Counted from the stretch's first letter, positions 39,996-50,267 are shown. The stretch is DNA of 64,000 nt from Minisyncoccota bacterium (GCA_041674225.1 JBAYWG010000001.1:326273-390272), one strand, 5' to 3'. The notes: generated by a model from the sequence alone, not told the origin. A program made the numbers and translations.

Positions 39996-41270
39996 ATCTC
40001 TTTTATTTACAAATAGAATAAAGTCATCTTTTGGACTTGTTGCAAGTTTTATCATGTCAAAACTTTGCTCCACCTCTTCCTTGTCACCTAAAATCTGATC
40101 GTATTGTTGAGTGTCTAGATTTATTCTCCAAAGGTTGTCAGCTAGAGATGTTGTTCCTTGATACCATGATTCAGGTAGAGCAACTCTTGGCATTTGAGTT
40201 GGTCCTGCGCAGAAAAGTACATCTTGGCTTGTTTGAGCAAAAACACATTTCTCAGGAAGAGTTGTCACTCCAAGTCTTTTTGTCTCCCCTGTTTCTGTGT
40301 TTAGTGAAAATGTACTGAACTCATTTGTTCTTGATACAGAGTATATTAGCCATTTTTCGTTAGAGCTAATTATTGCTGTAAGCCCAGATAAGTCTCCAAG
40401 TAGTTTTTCAGAAGATCCGTTCTGTGCATTTACAAGATAAGCAAAACCAGACACTCGCGAGTCAGCTTTTGTTGTCATTAAAATATTATTTGTGTTTACT
40501 CGCGAAATTACCCAATCTTTTAAAGGTGATTCCATAACTATTTTTTTAGAAAGGTCGTCGAGTGTAGATGTTATCAATGTGCTTCCGCCTGTGTTTTTTG
40601 GTAATAAATAAGTTAGTCCCGCCGCACTTAGTTTAGCGTCGATAAGGTTTGGAGAAAGATAAGTTCCTTCAAGTGCAAATCCGTCTGCAACCGGAGCCCC
40701 TCCAGAAGGTGATGTTGCAGATTTTTCAGTTACTTTAGCAGAAAGAGTCTGTGTTGATTCTTGGTCTTCATTTAAAATTCTCAAAAGAACCCTCTCTCCA
40801 TCTCTTGAAAAATAAGAATCAACCACACGTGGAATAGTTGTGTTTGAAAGCCTTGTTTGTGTCAAAGAGTCTTCCCTTGCTTCATAGAGGTGTCCTGTAG
40901 ATCTTTCAAGATATCGAAATACCACAAATGTATCTCTCTCTGTTGTTTCTGAACCATCTTCAGAAATAATTGGCCGAGAAGTGTTACCTGTTCTCTCGAT
41001 TGCAACAGATCCAGCTACAGGCACTTGAGAAAGTTGTCGAAGTCTTGGAATTAGATTTCGATTTAGAGGGTTTGTTCTGTTTGGATCAGCTCCAATTTCA
41101 CCATTTTCATCCATACCTGGAATATCAACAGGAAAGAAATCTTCAGGACGATTAAAAGCCGAAGGGTTTGTTGGATCCACATCTTCTTTTATAAAAAACA
41201 ACCAAACGACAAAACCGATAAAAGCAAATATTAAGATAAAAATTGTCCAAGCAAGTATTTTTCTAATCAT
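39969..41270 (-). CDS. Hypothetical membrane-anchored exported protein (last gene of the T4SS-like cluster)
   Basis: 433 aa, N-terminal TM, no recognised domain; co-directional and tightly packed with the cluster. Confidence 0.4.
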   Translation of the reverse strand: MIRKILAWTIFILIFAFIGFVVWLFFIKEDVDPTNPSAFNRPEDFFPVDIPGMDENGEIGADPNRTNPLNRNLIPRLRQLSQVPVAGSVAIERTGNTSRPIISEDGSETTERDTFVVFRYLERSTGHLYEAREDSLTQTRLSNTTIPRVVDSYFSRDGERVLLRILNEDQESTQTLSAKVTEKSATSPSGGAPVADGFALEGTYLSPNLIDAKLSAAGLTYLLPKNTGGSTLITSTLDDLSKKIVMESPLKDWVISRVNTNNILMTTKADSRVSGFAYLVNAQNGSSEKLLGDLSGLTAIISSNEKWLIYSVSRTNEFSTFSLNTETGETKRLGVTTLPEKCVFAQTSQDVLFCAGPTQMPRVALPESWYQGTTSLADNLWRINLDTQQYDQILGDKEEVEQSFDMIKLATSPKDDFILFVNKRDLTLWSVEI

Positions 41271-41284
41271 GAAATTATTATAAC

Positions 41285-42043
41285 CTATCTTCTAATCGCA
41301 CCTAGTGTGTAATTCTCTTTTTCAACTAATACCAATTCGAAACTTCCTAGTGCGTTATTATCTAGGCCGAGCGCAATTCGCCCCGCCTCTGAAATCATTA
41401 AAGTGTTCTCAATTGGGTTTCTAGAATCAATCTCCACCACTACTTCTTTGTTGTTAGTTAAATTTTTAATTTTTAAATATTTTGTTGATAGGAATCTGTT
41501 TGCAACCCCAGTGTTTTCTACTATTGTAAAACCTGATTTCAGGGCTAATTCACTGGTTGGATACGCGGCATAGTATTCTGCACTCGGAATTCTTTCTCTT
41601 ATTGGAACTCCACTTACTTCCCCTACATCTCCATATCCAAATCTTCCGCTTGCATCACCTGGTGTGAAAATAATATTTTCTCCTGCTGAGTCTTGTGCAA
41701 AATAATATTCCCCAAATTCGTCTGAAGAAACAAACTCCAGCCCACCAATACTTTTAGGATTTCTAATCAAAGAGTATTCAACATTATTTTTTATTACAGT
41801 TTTAATATCTTTTGGCCCACCGTATACATTTATTTTCAATTTATTAAGACCAAAAGATTCAAAATACTCTGTTGGGCTCGAAGATGTGTCTTCTTTTACA
41901 AAATCAAAAGATTGCTCTGCTGGAATATTTTCTGCTGGAGAGTTTGATACTTCTGCTCTATCTTGAAATGTAAAAATAATTCCAAAGATTGCAAAAATTA
42001 TTATGATGACAGAAACCCCTATAATTATTTGTTGTTTATTCAT
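41285..42043 (-). CDS. Hypothetical bitopic protein (N-terminal TM plus about 220 aa extracytoplasmic domain; VirB8-like topology possible)
   Basis: Topology and size only. Confidence 0.35.
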   Translation of the reverse strand: MNKQQIIIGVSVIIIIFAIFGIIFTFQDRAEVSNSPAENIPAEQSFDFVKEDTSSSPTEYFESFGLNKLKINVYGGPKDIKTVIKNNVEYSLIRNPKSIGGLEFVSSDEFGEYYFAQDSAGENIIFTPGDASGRFGYGDVGEVSGVPIRERIPSAEYYAAYPTSELALKSGFTIVENTGVANRFLSTKYLKIKNLTNNKEVVVEIDSRNPIENTLMISEAGRIALGLDNNALGSFELVLVEKENYTLGAIRR

Positions 42044-42681
42044 TATCCAAAAATATCAATTATGAATTTTGTACCATCTCCTTTTGATGGAAGAATTGTT
42101 GAAATCATTAGAATTGAAACTAGTGCAATCAAAAGACCTCCTAGAGCTGCGTAGATTTTGTCTTTTCCTGCCCCTTTTGCAAAAACAGATTCGCTTCCCA
42201 TATATTGAATTCCGCCCACAATCATCATTATTACCGCCAAAACAATAGTTATCGTGATTGAAACTGTAAAAATAGTTTCAATCATTCCACCCAAACCTGT
42301 TCTTCCGTCAAAAAAAGTTTGATAACCGGGCGTAATTGGTTTGTATTTACTTCCACTTGCGCTATTTGAGACAGGGTTGGTGCTTACATTCCTTCCCGCA
42401 GACGCTCCAAGGTTTCCAATGTTTGAATTGTTGGTGCTTACATTCCTTCCCGCAGACGCTCCAAGGTTTCCAATGTTTGAATTGTTGGGATTTACTCCCG
42501 AGTCTTGTTGTGCTGCTTCCGTAGACAATCTATCTTCCAGACGTTTTGCAGCTTCCTCCATTTGATCACTAAGATTAAGATTTGGACGCTGAGCTTGAGC
42601 GACAGTTGTGTTTATTGAATATATAAATATAAATACAATTACAAATATAAAATATTTAGTTTTAGAAAGCAGTTGTTGCAT
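42043..42681 (-). CDS. Signal-peptide protein with tandem 19-aa repeat and C-terminal pair of TM helices (candidate VirB2/TrbC-like pilin)
   Basis: N-terminal signal peptide, repeat NNSNIGNLGASAGRNVSTN twice, C-terminal hydrophobic hairpin GGMIETIFTVSITITIVLAVIMMIVGG...LLIALVSILMISTIL. Confidence 0.35.
   Translation of the reverse strand: MQQLLSKTKYFIFVIVFIFIYSINTTVAQAQRPNLNLSDQMEEAAKRLEDRLSTEAAQQDSGVNPNNSNIGNLGASAGRNVSTNNSNIGNLGASAGRNVSTNPVSNSASGSKYKPITPGYQTFFDGRTGLGGMIETIFTVSITITIVLAVIMMIVGGIQYMGSESVFAKGAGKDKIYAALGGLLIALVSILMISTILPSKGDGTKFIIDIFG
42378..42491. repeat. Perfect 57-bp tandem duplication (2 copies) inside the pilin-like gene
   Basis: TGGTGCTTACATTCCTTCCCGCAGACGCTCCAAGGTTTCCAATGTTTGAATTGT occurs twice in tandem. 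Confidence 0.85.
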
Positions 42682-43693
42682 CGTTGTTTATTGTATCAAA
42701 TTGTTGATTTCCCAACACGTTAATTTTGAAAAGATTACTCCCTTCTTGAAGAATGTTTTGAACATGCTCTACTTTTACAGATAAGCTAGCCGTTCCACTT
42801 TTTTCTTTCCCAGGATTTAAATAATTGATAAAGCTTCCAACAGAGTCGTCCCCTACTGGTCGGCCGTTTTCAAACCAAGAATATTGTAAATTTCCCGAAC
42901 TTCTTTCTTGTGCGCTAAAAAAGTATGGAACAGCCGTTATTCCCACCTCCTCTCTGTCAAAATTAAATGTTCCAGTAAGTGCTTTTTCAAAAATACTTCC
43001 ATAAATTGGATTATTTTCATAAAGGATAACTTGAGGAATTGTTGGATTTATTAAAATTCTTTTCTTTGCTGTGAGATTTGAATTGATAGATTCAGCCACT
43101 ACAGAAACATAAAAAGGTCTTGAGATTAAAGATCCTTGAATTTTGATACTATCTCTCCCCGTTCCAGAAGCCGATTGAATTATTTCGTCGTCCTTTGACC
43201 AAGTGTAAGTAATTCTTTCTTTTGGAAGTAAAACCCCATTTTCTATAAAATTTGTCATCGCCGCTACTGTCAGAGATGATTGATGCGTAAAAAGTGATCG
43301 TCCTTTGTAAAATGGAGGAACATAAGTATCTGCTTCATAAACTAAATCTAAGTCTGTAGGGTTAATAGAAATCGAATCACGCAAAACCAAACCATTTTCT
43401 TTAGTTACATTCACAGAAATATTCGAGTTCCTTCCAGATTCAGGGGCTTGAAATTGGAAAAAAGTCTCTCCCACCCCGCTTTTTTTTACAACCCCATCTA
43501 CTAGCCAAGAAATATTGGTCTTTTTTAGGCTCGCATAATAACTGCTTTTTACTTGTGCACTGACCATTTCTTTTGGTGCTGGAATTTTAGGAATAATTTC
43601 AATAGAAACTGTTTCATCAAAAGCAGATGAAGTTGTTTGTGCAAAAAATTGAATTGGAGAAAATATTAGTGCAAAGAGTATTAAATATTTCAT
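42662..43693 (-). CDS. Secreted hypothetical protein (signal peptide)
   Basis: MKYLILFALIFSPIQFFAQ signal peptide; 343 aa. Confidence 0.4.
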   Translation of the reverse strand: MKYLILFALIFSPIQFFAQTTSSAFDETVSIEIIPKIPAPKEMVSAQVKSSYYASLKKTNISWLVDGVVKKSGVGETFFQFQAPESGRNSNISVNVTKENGLVLRDSISINPTDLDLVYEADTYVPPFYKGRSLFTHQSSLTVAAMTNFIENGVLLPKERITYTWSKDDEIIQSASGTGRDSIKIQGSLISRPFYVSVVAESINSNLTAKKRILINPTIPQVILYENNPIYGSIFEKALTGTFNFDREEVGITAVPYFFSAQERSSGNLQYSWFENGRPVGDDSVGSFINYLNPGKEKSGTASLSVKVEHVQNILQEGSNLFKINVLGNQQFDTINNDATTAF

Positions 43694-43754
43694 TATGATT
43701 ATTTTAACTCTTTTTAAAAAAGTTAACTACTTATTTATTAAATACAAAAAGGTT

Positions 43755-44327
43755 TTATTTCTTTGCCGCGGCTTTTTGGGCAGCTTTATCTGCTAGGGCG
43801 CTATCAAGATAGTTCCAAATAAATATAATTGTAAACAAAGGAAGCGCTTCTATAACAGGAATGCTCTCTGCGGCTATCGCAACAAGCCTCAACCATTTTG
43901 GAAGCTTCAGCGCCGCTTTAAAAGCTTCTTCTGCTTTAGCTGCTGCTTCAGCAAGCTTTCCGGCTTTCTGGAGTCTGTTAGAGCTTCCCATATATCGGGT
44001 TACTTTTCTAAAATCTGTAATTGTGCTCGCTTTATGAACATCTTCATATCCAAAGCTACTTTCCAGATTCCTTGCATTAGCTTGATGTTTTTTGTCTTTT
44101 TTATGTAGATAAATAAGGAGTAGCGGGGTAAAAATAAATGTAGTACAGATCCATACGATGGCAGCACCTGGTCCTGTGAAGTATCCTCCAATATCTATTA
44201 TGTCTACCAAGATACAAAGTATCAGCATAAGAATATCAAGACCAACGTCTTTTTTTGTGGTGGTCTCAGTCTGAGAAGTTTTTCCGTTTCCCTGTCTGGC
44301 TAGTCGGGTCACCTTTTCGTTTGCCAT
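43755..44327 (-). CDS. Membrane protein, hypothetical (T4SS-associated)
   Basis: 190 aa, several TM helices, Ala/Lys-rich C-terminus; immediately downstream of VirB4. Confidence 0.4.
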   Translation of the reverse strand: MANEKVTRLARQGNGKTSQTETTTKKDVGLDILMLILCILVDIIDIGGYFTGPGAAIVWICTTFIFTPLLLIYLHKKDKKHQANARNLESSFGYEDVHKASTITDFRKVTRYMGSSNRLQKAGKLAEAAAKAEEAFKAALKLPKWLRLVAIAAESIPVIEALPLFTIIFIWNYLDSALADKAAQKAAAKK

Positions 44328-44328
44328 G

Positions 44329-46209
44329 TTAGTTTACTGTATTACTTTTAACCTCTGTTGTTCGTCGAGCTAGGACGTCAGACGCTTTTGTTCCTGCAGA
44401 TTCTTTCAAATCAGATTTAGCTTTTTTGATTTGTAGAACCTGTGAAGGGTCGGATGTAATAATCTGATCCTCTGTATAAGAAGCAATAATTTTAATAGCA
44501 ACGTGTTTGATTCCGGCGAAGAAGATTCCCTCCCCCACATCAGATTCTAGAAGTAGATATTTTTCTTCTTCGGTTAGGTTGAAAGTTTGCTGAATCATAT
44601 CAATCGCTGTTGGAGATTGTTTTAACAAAAGTTGAATCGATGAGTTGGTAATAATTGGCATTCCATAAGGTGATCGCAAAAAGTCTTCCACGTCTTGTGT
44701 AATTGTAGACATTCCCAAATAATATTTTCGTCCTCGTTTTGCAAGACCAAACAAAAATGATGCAGTGTCTTCTGATTTCATCATCCACCATGCCTCATCA
44801 ATCACTAATAATCTTTTCTTTAATTGCTTTCTAACTGCATTCCAAATAAAGTGTGTCACCAAATACATCGCAACTGGTTTTAGTTCATCTTCCATGTCTC
44901 TCAAAGAAAACACGACGAATCTTTTATTTATATCTACGTTTGTTGGTCTATTGATGAAACCTGACCATGTTCCTCGAGTGTATTTAGAAAGTTTTTGTGC
45001 CAAAGATTCCCCTCCTTCCATTCCAGACAAAACATATTCGAAGTCTGAAAGAAGTGGCGGTTCAATATTTGAGAAATCACTTTCAGGAGTAATATCTTTC
45101 AATGCATAAGTTTCTGCAATTGCTCTATCCACGATAGCATCTTCTTCTGGAGTTAATCCTCCAAGCATCAGTCGGAAAAGCCCTACAAGGTTTACAATGT
45201 TTGAGCGCAAAATATCAGACGCAGCTTCATCATCTCTTGCTGGCGGAAGATCAAAAGGGTTAATGTGGTGATCTGATGTAAGAGAAATGTTGAAGTACCT
45301 TCCTCCTGTGGCTTCTGCCAAGAATTCGTATTCCCTTTCAGGGTCGATTACTAGCACATCTGTTTCAAACATTAGTGTTCTCAAAATTTCTAGTTTTGTA
45401 GCGTAAGATTTTCCAGAACCGGCTTTCGCAAACGTTACAGAGTTGTAGTTTTCTAGACTGAATCTATCAAACAAAATTAGTGAACTGTTGTGTCGGTTGA
45501 TTCCAAAAAGAATTCCTTTGTCTGATGTAAGGTCAAAAGAAATAAAAGGAAACAAACTTGAAAGAGGTGCAGAATTTAGTTTTGAATGAACTCCTAAAAT
45601 ATCTTGAGCAGTTGGAATAACAGTTTTAAAACCTTCCTCTTGTTGAAAAAGTGCAGGTTTTACATAAACTAATTTTGCTTCAAGAATTGATTTTATTTCT
45701 GATTCAAATTTATCTAGTTCATCTTTGCTTTCTGCATAAATAGAAAAATAGAGTCCAACATCAAATATTTTTTCTTGAGCTTGCTGCAAACTGTCTCTCA
45801 AAATTTCCAAATCTTGATAAGCTGTATCCAATATAGGATCTCGAACCAACCCTTTATTTTCTCGTGTGTGAATTTGTGATTGTACTTCCGCAACTTTCTT
45901 TTTGAATTGTCGCAAAATTGTAGCCGTATCTATCGGGTGAACATAAATAGAAATATCAAAAACTCTGTCCAAGTTAATCACCGGAGAAAACCAAGAGTCA
46001 GACAAAAATCTTGGATATGAAATCACAAAGAAACTTCTCACCATTTTGTCCCCCAGGTTTATTTCCCTAGGTGTTACTTTCAAAGCGCTCGGTGCAATCA
46101 CATCTTGCAACTCCAAAACTCCAGCTTCATAAATTTCTTGTGGCAGAAAAGAAGTAATCTGTGTTGGTTCTTTTTGTTTTTTTCCTTTTATAAAATCAAG
46201 TATTCCCAT
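44329..46209 (-). CDS. Type IV secretion system ATPase VirB4/TrbE/TraC family (C-terminal ATPase portion)
   Basis: Walker A FAKAGSGKSYA; Walker B LLVIDEAWWMM (DEAW is characteristic of VirB4); C-terminal RGRKYYLGMSTITQDVEDF. Confidence 0.8.
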   Translation of the reverse strand: MGILDFIKGKKQKEPTQITSFLPQEIYEAGVLELQDVIAPSALKVTPREINLGDKMVRSFFVISYPRFLSDSWFSPVINLDRVFDISIYVHPIDTATILRQFKKKVAEVQSQIHTRENKGLVRDPILDTAYQDLEILRDSLQQAQEKIFDVGLYFSIYAESKDELDKFESEIKSILEAKLVYVKPALFQQEEGFKTVIPTAQDILGVHSKLNSAPLSSLFPFISFDLTSDKGILFGINRHNSSLILFDRFSLENYNSVTFAKAGSGKSYATKLEILRTLMFETDVLVIDPEREYEFLAEATGGRYFNISLTSDHHINPFDLPPARDDEAASDILRSNIVNLVGLFRLMLGGLTPEEDAIVDRAIAETYALKDITPESDFSNIEPPLLSDFEYVLSGMEGGESLAQKLSKYTRGTWSGFINRPTNVDINKRFVVFSLRDMEDELKPVAMYLVTHFIWNAVRKQLKKRLLVIDEAWWMMKSEDTASFLFGLAKRGRKYYLGMSTITQDVEDFLRSPYGMPIITNSSIQLLLKQSPTAIDMIQQTFNLTEEEKYLLLESDVGEGIFFAGIKHVAIKIIASYTEDQIITSDPSQVLQIKKAKSDLKESAGTKASDVLARRTTEVKSNTVN

Positions 46210-46213
46210 GTTT

Positions 46214-46852
46214 TTAATTTACCGGAATCGGTTTTTCTACATCTCCTGGATTGAACAGTCTATAAAAAACTTCAATCGCTTCTTCTGTTCCTAATTGTAC
46301 AGCTCTTACTCCTGCTCTTGTAATACCTTGTTGTACGACCGCAATCCTTTGTTCTATTTGTGTGCTGTGTTCTTCAAAATCCTCTTTCTTCCCCGCTGCC
46401 ACTGTGGCGGCACTTTGTTTTTTGAAAAAACCTTTGCTCTTGTTGGAGTTGATGTTGATTGTTGCAGGTGTATAAGGCACAACGATGTAAAAAGTTTTGG
46501 TCATAATATTTGTTCTGTCTGTGAAAGCCTTGATGAATTCAATGTATTCCTTTACTTGGATACGCATCAAATCGTTTATTTGTTCTTTTTCTCGCACCTC
46601 CAATGTTGCGATGTATGGTCGGATGTCTAGCCTTCGTGATTGAATAAAAATCTGTACGCTGAAATTTAGAGAGTTTAGAAATTGTTGAAATTGGAAAATA
46701 ATAGAATCTTGCTCATCTTGAGACTTAAGTGCGAAGTTTACAGAAGATGTCATCAATAGAGCACGCATCGAACCATCTTTCAAAACTAAAATTCCATTAC
46801 GAACTTCTTTAATCGGAACAATTGTTTGTGTTGATTTTTTACTTTCCGCCAT
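46214..46852 (-). CDS. VirB4 N-terminal domain-like protein (split from the ATPase ORF)
   Basis: IVPIKEVRNGILVLKDGSMRALLMTSSVNFALKSQDEQ...IQSRRLDIRPY resembles the VirB4/TraC N-terminal domain. The stop is 4 nt before the ATG of the ATPase ORF, in a different frame. Confidence 0.5.
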   Translation of the reverse strand: MAESKKSTQTIVPIKEVRNGILVLKDGSMRALLMTSSVNFALKSQDEQDSIIFQFQQFLNSLNFSVQIFIQSRRLDIRPYIATLEVREKEQINDLMRIQVKEYIEFIKAFTDRTNIMTKTFYIVVPYTPATININSNKSKGFFKKQSAATVAAGKKEDFEEHSTQIEQRIAVVQQGITRAGVRAVQLGTEEAIEVFYRLFNPGDVEKPIPVN

Positions 46853-46869
46853 AATATTTTTTTATTATA

Positions 46870-47298
46870 TCACTGCTTCGGAGTAATATCGTCTAAAGTT
46901 TCTAGAGTTTCGTGAATATCTAATCCCCAAGATAAATCTTTTAGTTTGCTGTTTGAAAGTTTTGGCACATCAAGTGATGCTCTTTGAATAATTTCTGCAG
47001 CTTGTTTCTCCGGAGTTCGCTCTCTTTTTTTCCAAAGATAAAGTTTTGGTGCAAATAAATATTTAAAGAAATGTTCGATTGCTATCACTAGTGGTCTGTC
47101 GTTTACTTTCCAAAAAGCTAATCCAAAAAACAAAGCCACAAAAGGTGCTCCAAATAAAATTGCTAAAAATCTCGGAAAGGTTGTCCAAAAAACAAAGCCG
47201 ATAGCTATCCCCGCTCCAGCATAAAGGAATTGTTTTAATGTAAATGGTCCGAATATTTTATCTTCGATTTCTAAGAATTGTGGAACTTGATATTTCAT
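46870..47298 (-). CDS. VirB3/PrgI-like small two-TM membrane protein
   Basis: 142 aa, two adjacent TM helices (FLYAGAGIAIGFVFWT...LAILFGAPFVALFFGLAFW), positioned directly upstream of the VirB4 N-domain. Confidence 0.45.
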   Translation of the reverse strand: MKYQVPQFLEIEDKIFGPFTLKQFLYAGAGIAIGFVFWTTFPRFLAILFGAPFVALFFGLAFWKVNDRPLVIAIEHFFKYLFAPKLYLWKKRERTPEKQAAEIIQRASLDVPKLSNSKLKDLSWGLDIHETLETLDDITPKQ

Positions 47299-47307
47299 AT
47301 TTATATT

Positions 47308-48120
47308 CTACGCTACTGGTTCTCTGTATGGATCTACTTTTGCAGGTTGAGTTGTGTTTGGTGGTGTGATTTTTTCTTCAAATACTGATGTATCAACCGA
47401 TTTTGGCATTGGAATGAAGATTGGCTTTGGTGGAGTAACCGGTTTAATTGTGACTGGCTCAGGTTTTATTTCTGCAACAACTGGTGGAACTATAAGTGTT
47501 ATTGGGGTCTTTGGAATTTCTGGCGCCACAGGAACAGTTGGAATAGTTGGAATTTTTAAGTCTTCTGGAATAGGTTCTTTGTAAGGATCTTCCTTTTTTA
47601 CTTCTACGACAGACGGCACAGGTGGTGTAACTGGAGAAACTGAAGCATCTTTAGTTTCGTTTTTATTTTCAAAATAATCAGAAGGAATTTTGTTTTTTAG
47701 AGAAGGTTTTGAATTTATTTTTACCGCACTCTCGATATCTTGAGCAACTCTGTTTAGTTGGCTGTTGGCCTCTCTGTCTACATCCGCGACTGTATCTGCT
47801 GTCTCTGTAATAGAAATCAGTTTCCGGCGGATGTCTCCAAAGATTTCTCGTTCAACTTCGTTTGAAATTGTATAAGCTTGATCGTCACTTACTCCTGCAT
47901 ACTCTTTTGCGTTTCGTACAAAAGTTTCTGGAGTTTCTATTCCTAACATTGTGATGAAAACTAGATTTTCAATGGCTGCTCCTTGATCAACATGAAGATT
48001 GTTATTTTTTACAACTCTACGAATTTTTTCTTGCCAATTAGAACCAGTGATAGTATCTCGAATTACCGGTGGTAATGTTTTGAATTGTTCTTTTATGATG
48101 CTTTGTGTGTCGTTATCCAT
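47308..48120 (-). CDS. Pro/Val/Thr-rich hypothetical protein (no TM)
   Basis: C-terminal PxxP-rich low-complexity region (TPPVPSVVEV...IPTIPTVPVAPEIPKTPITL...). Confidence 0.4.
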   Translation of the reverse strand: MDNDTQSIIKEQFKTLPPVIRDTITGSNWQEKIRRVVKNNNLHVDQGAAIENLVFITMLGIETPETFVRNAKEYAGVSDDQAYTISNEVEREIFGDIRRKLISITETADTVADVDREANSQLNRVAQDIESAVKINSKPSLKNKIPSDYFENKNETKDASVSPVTPPVPSVVEVKKEDPYKEPIPEDLKIPTIPTVPVAPEIPKTPITLIVPPVVAEIKPEPVTIKPVTPPKPIFIPMPKSVDTSVFEEKITPPNTTQPAKVDPYREPVA

Positions 48121-48123
48121 ATT

Positions 48124-50214
48124 TTATTTTCCCTCTTTATCTCCTCCTTTGCTATCAGATTTATTATCCGGCTTCTTGTCATCCCCTTCCAATAGTTTTT
48201 TTAGATCCTTCAATTGTTTTTGTTCTGTAGACATTGCTTTCATAATTTCCCCAGCTGCCTTCTTGTCAATTGACTTTGCACTTGGCAACCAAGTGGTTGG
48301 CATAACTAAGTCTATTTTGGTGCGATTTCCTTCTAAATTATCCGCGTGCTTCATTCTTTGTGATTTCATTGCCACAACTTTTTCAAGTGCTTTGTATTCA
48401 TCAGTGTCTCTTACTCTAGTTTCATGTGTGCTTAAATTTTGTGTGGCATTAGATAGGAGTGTGTTAATGCGCTTCATTCGTTCTGAATCTCCTGAAGATT
48501 TTGCAGCTTCATAATCAATATTTAGTTCATTGATTGTCTTTTTAGCCTCCACAACATAATCATCAGAATTTATAGATGCTTCCATGTCTTTCTTAGCTTG
48601 TTTTTGTGCCTCTTTTTGATCATCTGTAAAGCCGTCGCTTAGATTTTTTGAGCGGTCAACTCTTAGTTTTTGAGATCTTTCTTGTTGACCTATGTAACCA
48701 TCTTTTGTTGGAGCAAGTGTTCCTTTAAAGTCTCCTCCAACTCCTGTGGCAGAAGCTACACCTTTAAAGACTTTGGATTCTCTAAGATCAAAGCCAGATT
48801 TAGCAACCCCTTTCATTCCACTTAGTAGTGTCATCCCCGCTCGTGTTGTAGCAAAATTACTTTTTGCAAATTTGTCTGCACCGGCACTAGCTGCCCAACC
48901 AACTGTATTTCTACCAGCAAAACCAATTGTTCCAAGAATTGTCCCACCGACAGCCGATGAAACGCCACCGCTGATTTTGCTAACAGCCGCACTTCCTCCT
49001 GATGATACTTTTTGAGCTACGATTAGTGCGGCAACAAAAAGTCCTATTATAATTCCATAAATCATTGCTACTCCACCAACCACATTAACCACTGATGCAA
49101 AGGTAGAAGTACCTTCTACTGTATTGTTGAGTGCATTCTCTGTTATCTTTGCCACATTTTCTGGCACCTTTTCGGCTATTTTTACCGCAACATATATAAA
49201 CAAAAGAAATGCCGGTAGAAAAAAAGAATGACCCACCAAAGATCTCCACCATTCTTCGGATATTTTTTTTGTGTTTGGCAAAACCATACTTGCAAAAGCA
49301 ATCGGAGATACAATCAAAAGAAGAATAAGAGCAACTAATCTTCCTATTATGATACTTAAAGCTGAAAACAAAACTGCAGCTAAAACTAATGACGTTATAC
49401 CACTCAGTGTGGAAGCCACTGCCACGACTAACATTTTTTGGAAAAAAGTACCTATTGCCCATCCTGTTTCAAATGCTGTTTTAGATCCAGGTAATTTTTT
49501 ATACCAAGGCATTTCAGAGTATGTTTTCTCAAGAAGCTTTTCTTGGTTTTTGTCGAATTGAGAGTTCATTATTGACCCGAACGCCGCCACTTGGGTTTTT
49601 TCATAGAAATAAGAACCAAGCTTTAGACTGTCACCATTGTCTCCAGAAGAATTTTTATCAGTCTCTTCTTTTATTTGGTCATAAATTGTTAAAGCCATTT
49701 CGTTAGAAATATCGATAACCACTGCTCCAAAGAAAAAACTAAAGTTCATTAAAAGTGCTGCCAAGATAGCTTTGCTTAAAAGTTTCTTGGCTTCATATCC
49801 ACTGAACTGAAGTATTGTGCTGATTGCAATAAAAATAAGCACAAAAATAATTCCAATATTGGCAATATTTCTAAAAATTTTCCAAGAGTCTTGGACAATG
49901 TTACTACCTGTGACAAAGTCACTCATACCATACACAGCCAGATCTATTGCTAAATCGAAACCATAAGAGGCAATCCCCAAGACAAGTGCTGCTATGGATG
50001 AAAAAAAGTAAGCAATAACTGCAAGTACAGGAGAGGCTAGCTGCAATCCTTCCGCGGGAAGATCGACAAGAGGTTTCTCTGTGAGGTCTTTTTCTTCTGG
50101 TGTTTCGGACGCCGCCGGTGCATCTTGTGCAAAGACAAAATCAGACGGGTTAAGAAATATTGTGAATAAAAAAAGTAATACAAAAAAACTTTTTTTATTA
50201 AACAAAAAACTCAT
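48124..50214 (-). CDS. VirB6/TrbL-like polytopic membrane protein with charged C-terminal tail
   Basis: 696 aa, signal-like N-terminus, at least 8 TM helices over the first 450 aa, then a hydrophilic Lys/Asp-rich tail; architecture and position match VirB6/TrbL. Confidence 0.5.
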   Translation of the reverse strand: MSFLFNKKSFFVLLFLFTIFLNPSDFVFAQDAPAASETPEEKDLTEKPLVDLPAEGLQLASPVLAVIAYFFSSIAALVLGIASYGFDLAIDLAVYGMSDFVTGSNIVQDSWKIFRNIANIGIIFVLIFIAISTILQFSGYEAKKLLSKAILAALLMNFSFFFGAVVIDISNEMALTIYDQIKEETDKNSSGDNGDSLKLGSYFYEKTQVAAFGSIMNSQFDKNQEKLLEKTYSEMPWYKKLPGSKTAFETGWAIGTFFQKMLVVAVASTLSGITSLVLAAVLFSALSIIIGRLVALILLLIVSPIAFASMVLPNTKKISEEWWRSLVGHSFFLPAFLLFIYVAVKIAEKVPENVAKITENALNNTVEGTSTFASVVNVVGGVAMIYGIIIGLFVAALIVAQKVSSGGSAAVSKISGGVSSAVGGTILGTIGFAGRNTVGWAASAGADKFAKSNFATTRAGMTLLSGMKGVAKSGFDLRESKVFKGVASATGVGGDFKGTLAPTKDGYIGQQERSQKLRVDRSKNLSDGFTDDQKEAQKQAKKDMEASINSDDYVVEAKKTINELNIDYEAAKSSGDSERMKRINTLLSNATQNLSTHETRVRDTDEYKALEKVVAMKSQRMKHADNLEGNRTKIDLVMPTTWLPSAKSIDKKAAGEIMKAMSTEQKQLKDLKKLLEGDDKKPDNKSDSKGGDKEGK

Positions 50215-50267
50215 ATGAAAATTATAACATTAGGATTGAAATTTAAAACAAAACTATTCAGTTTTGT

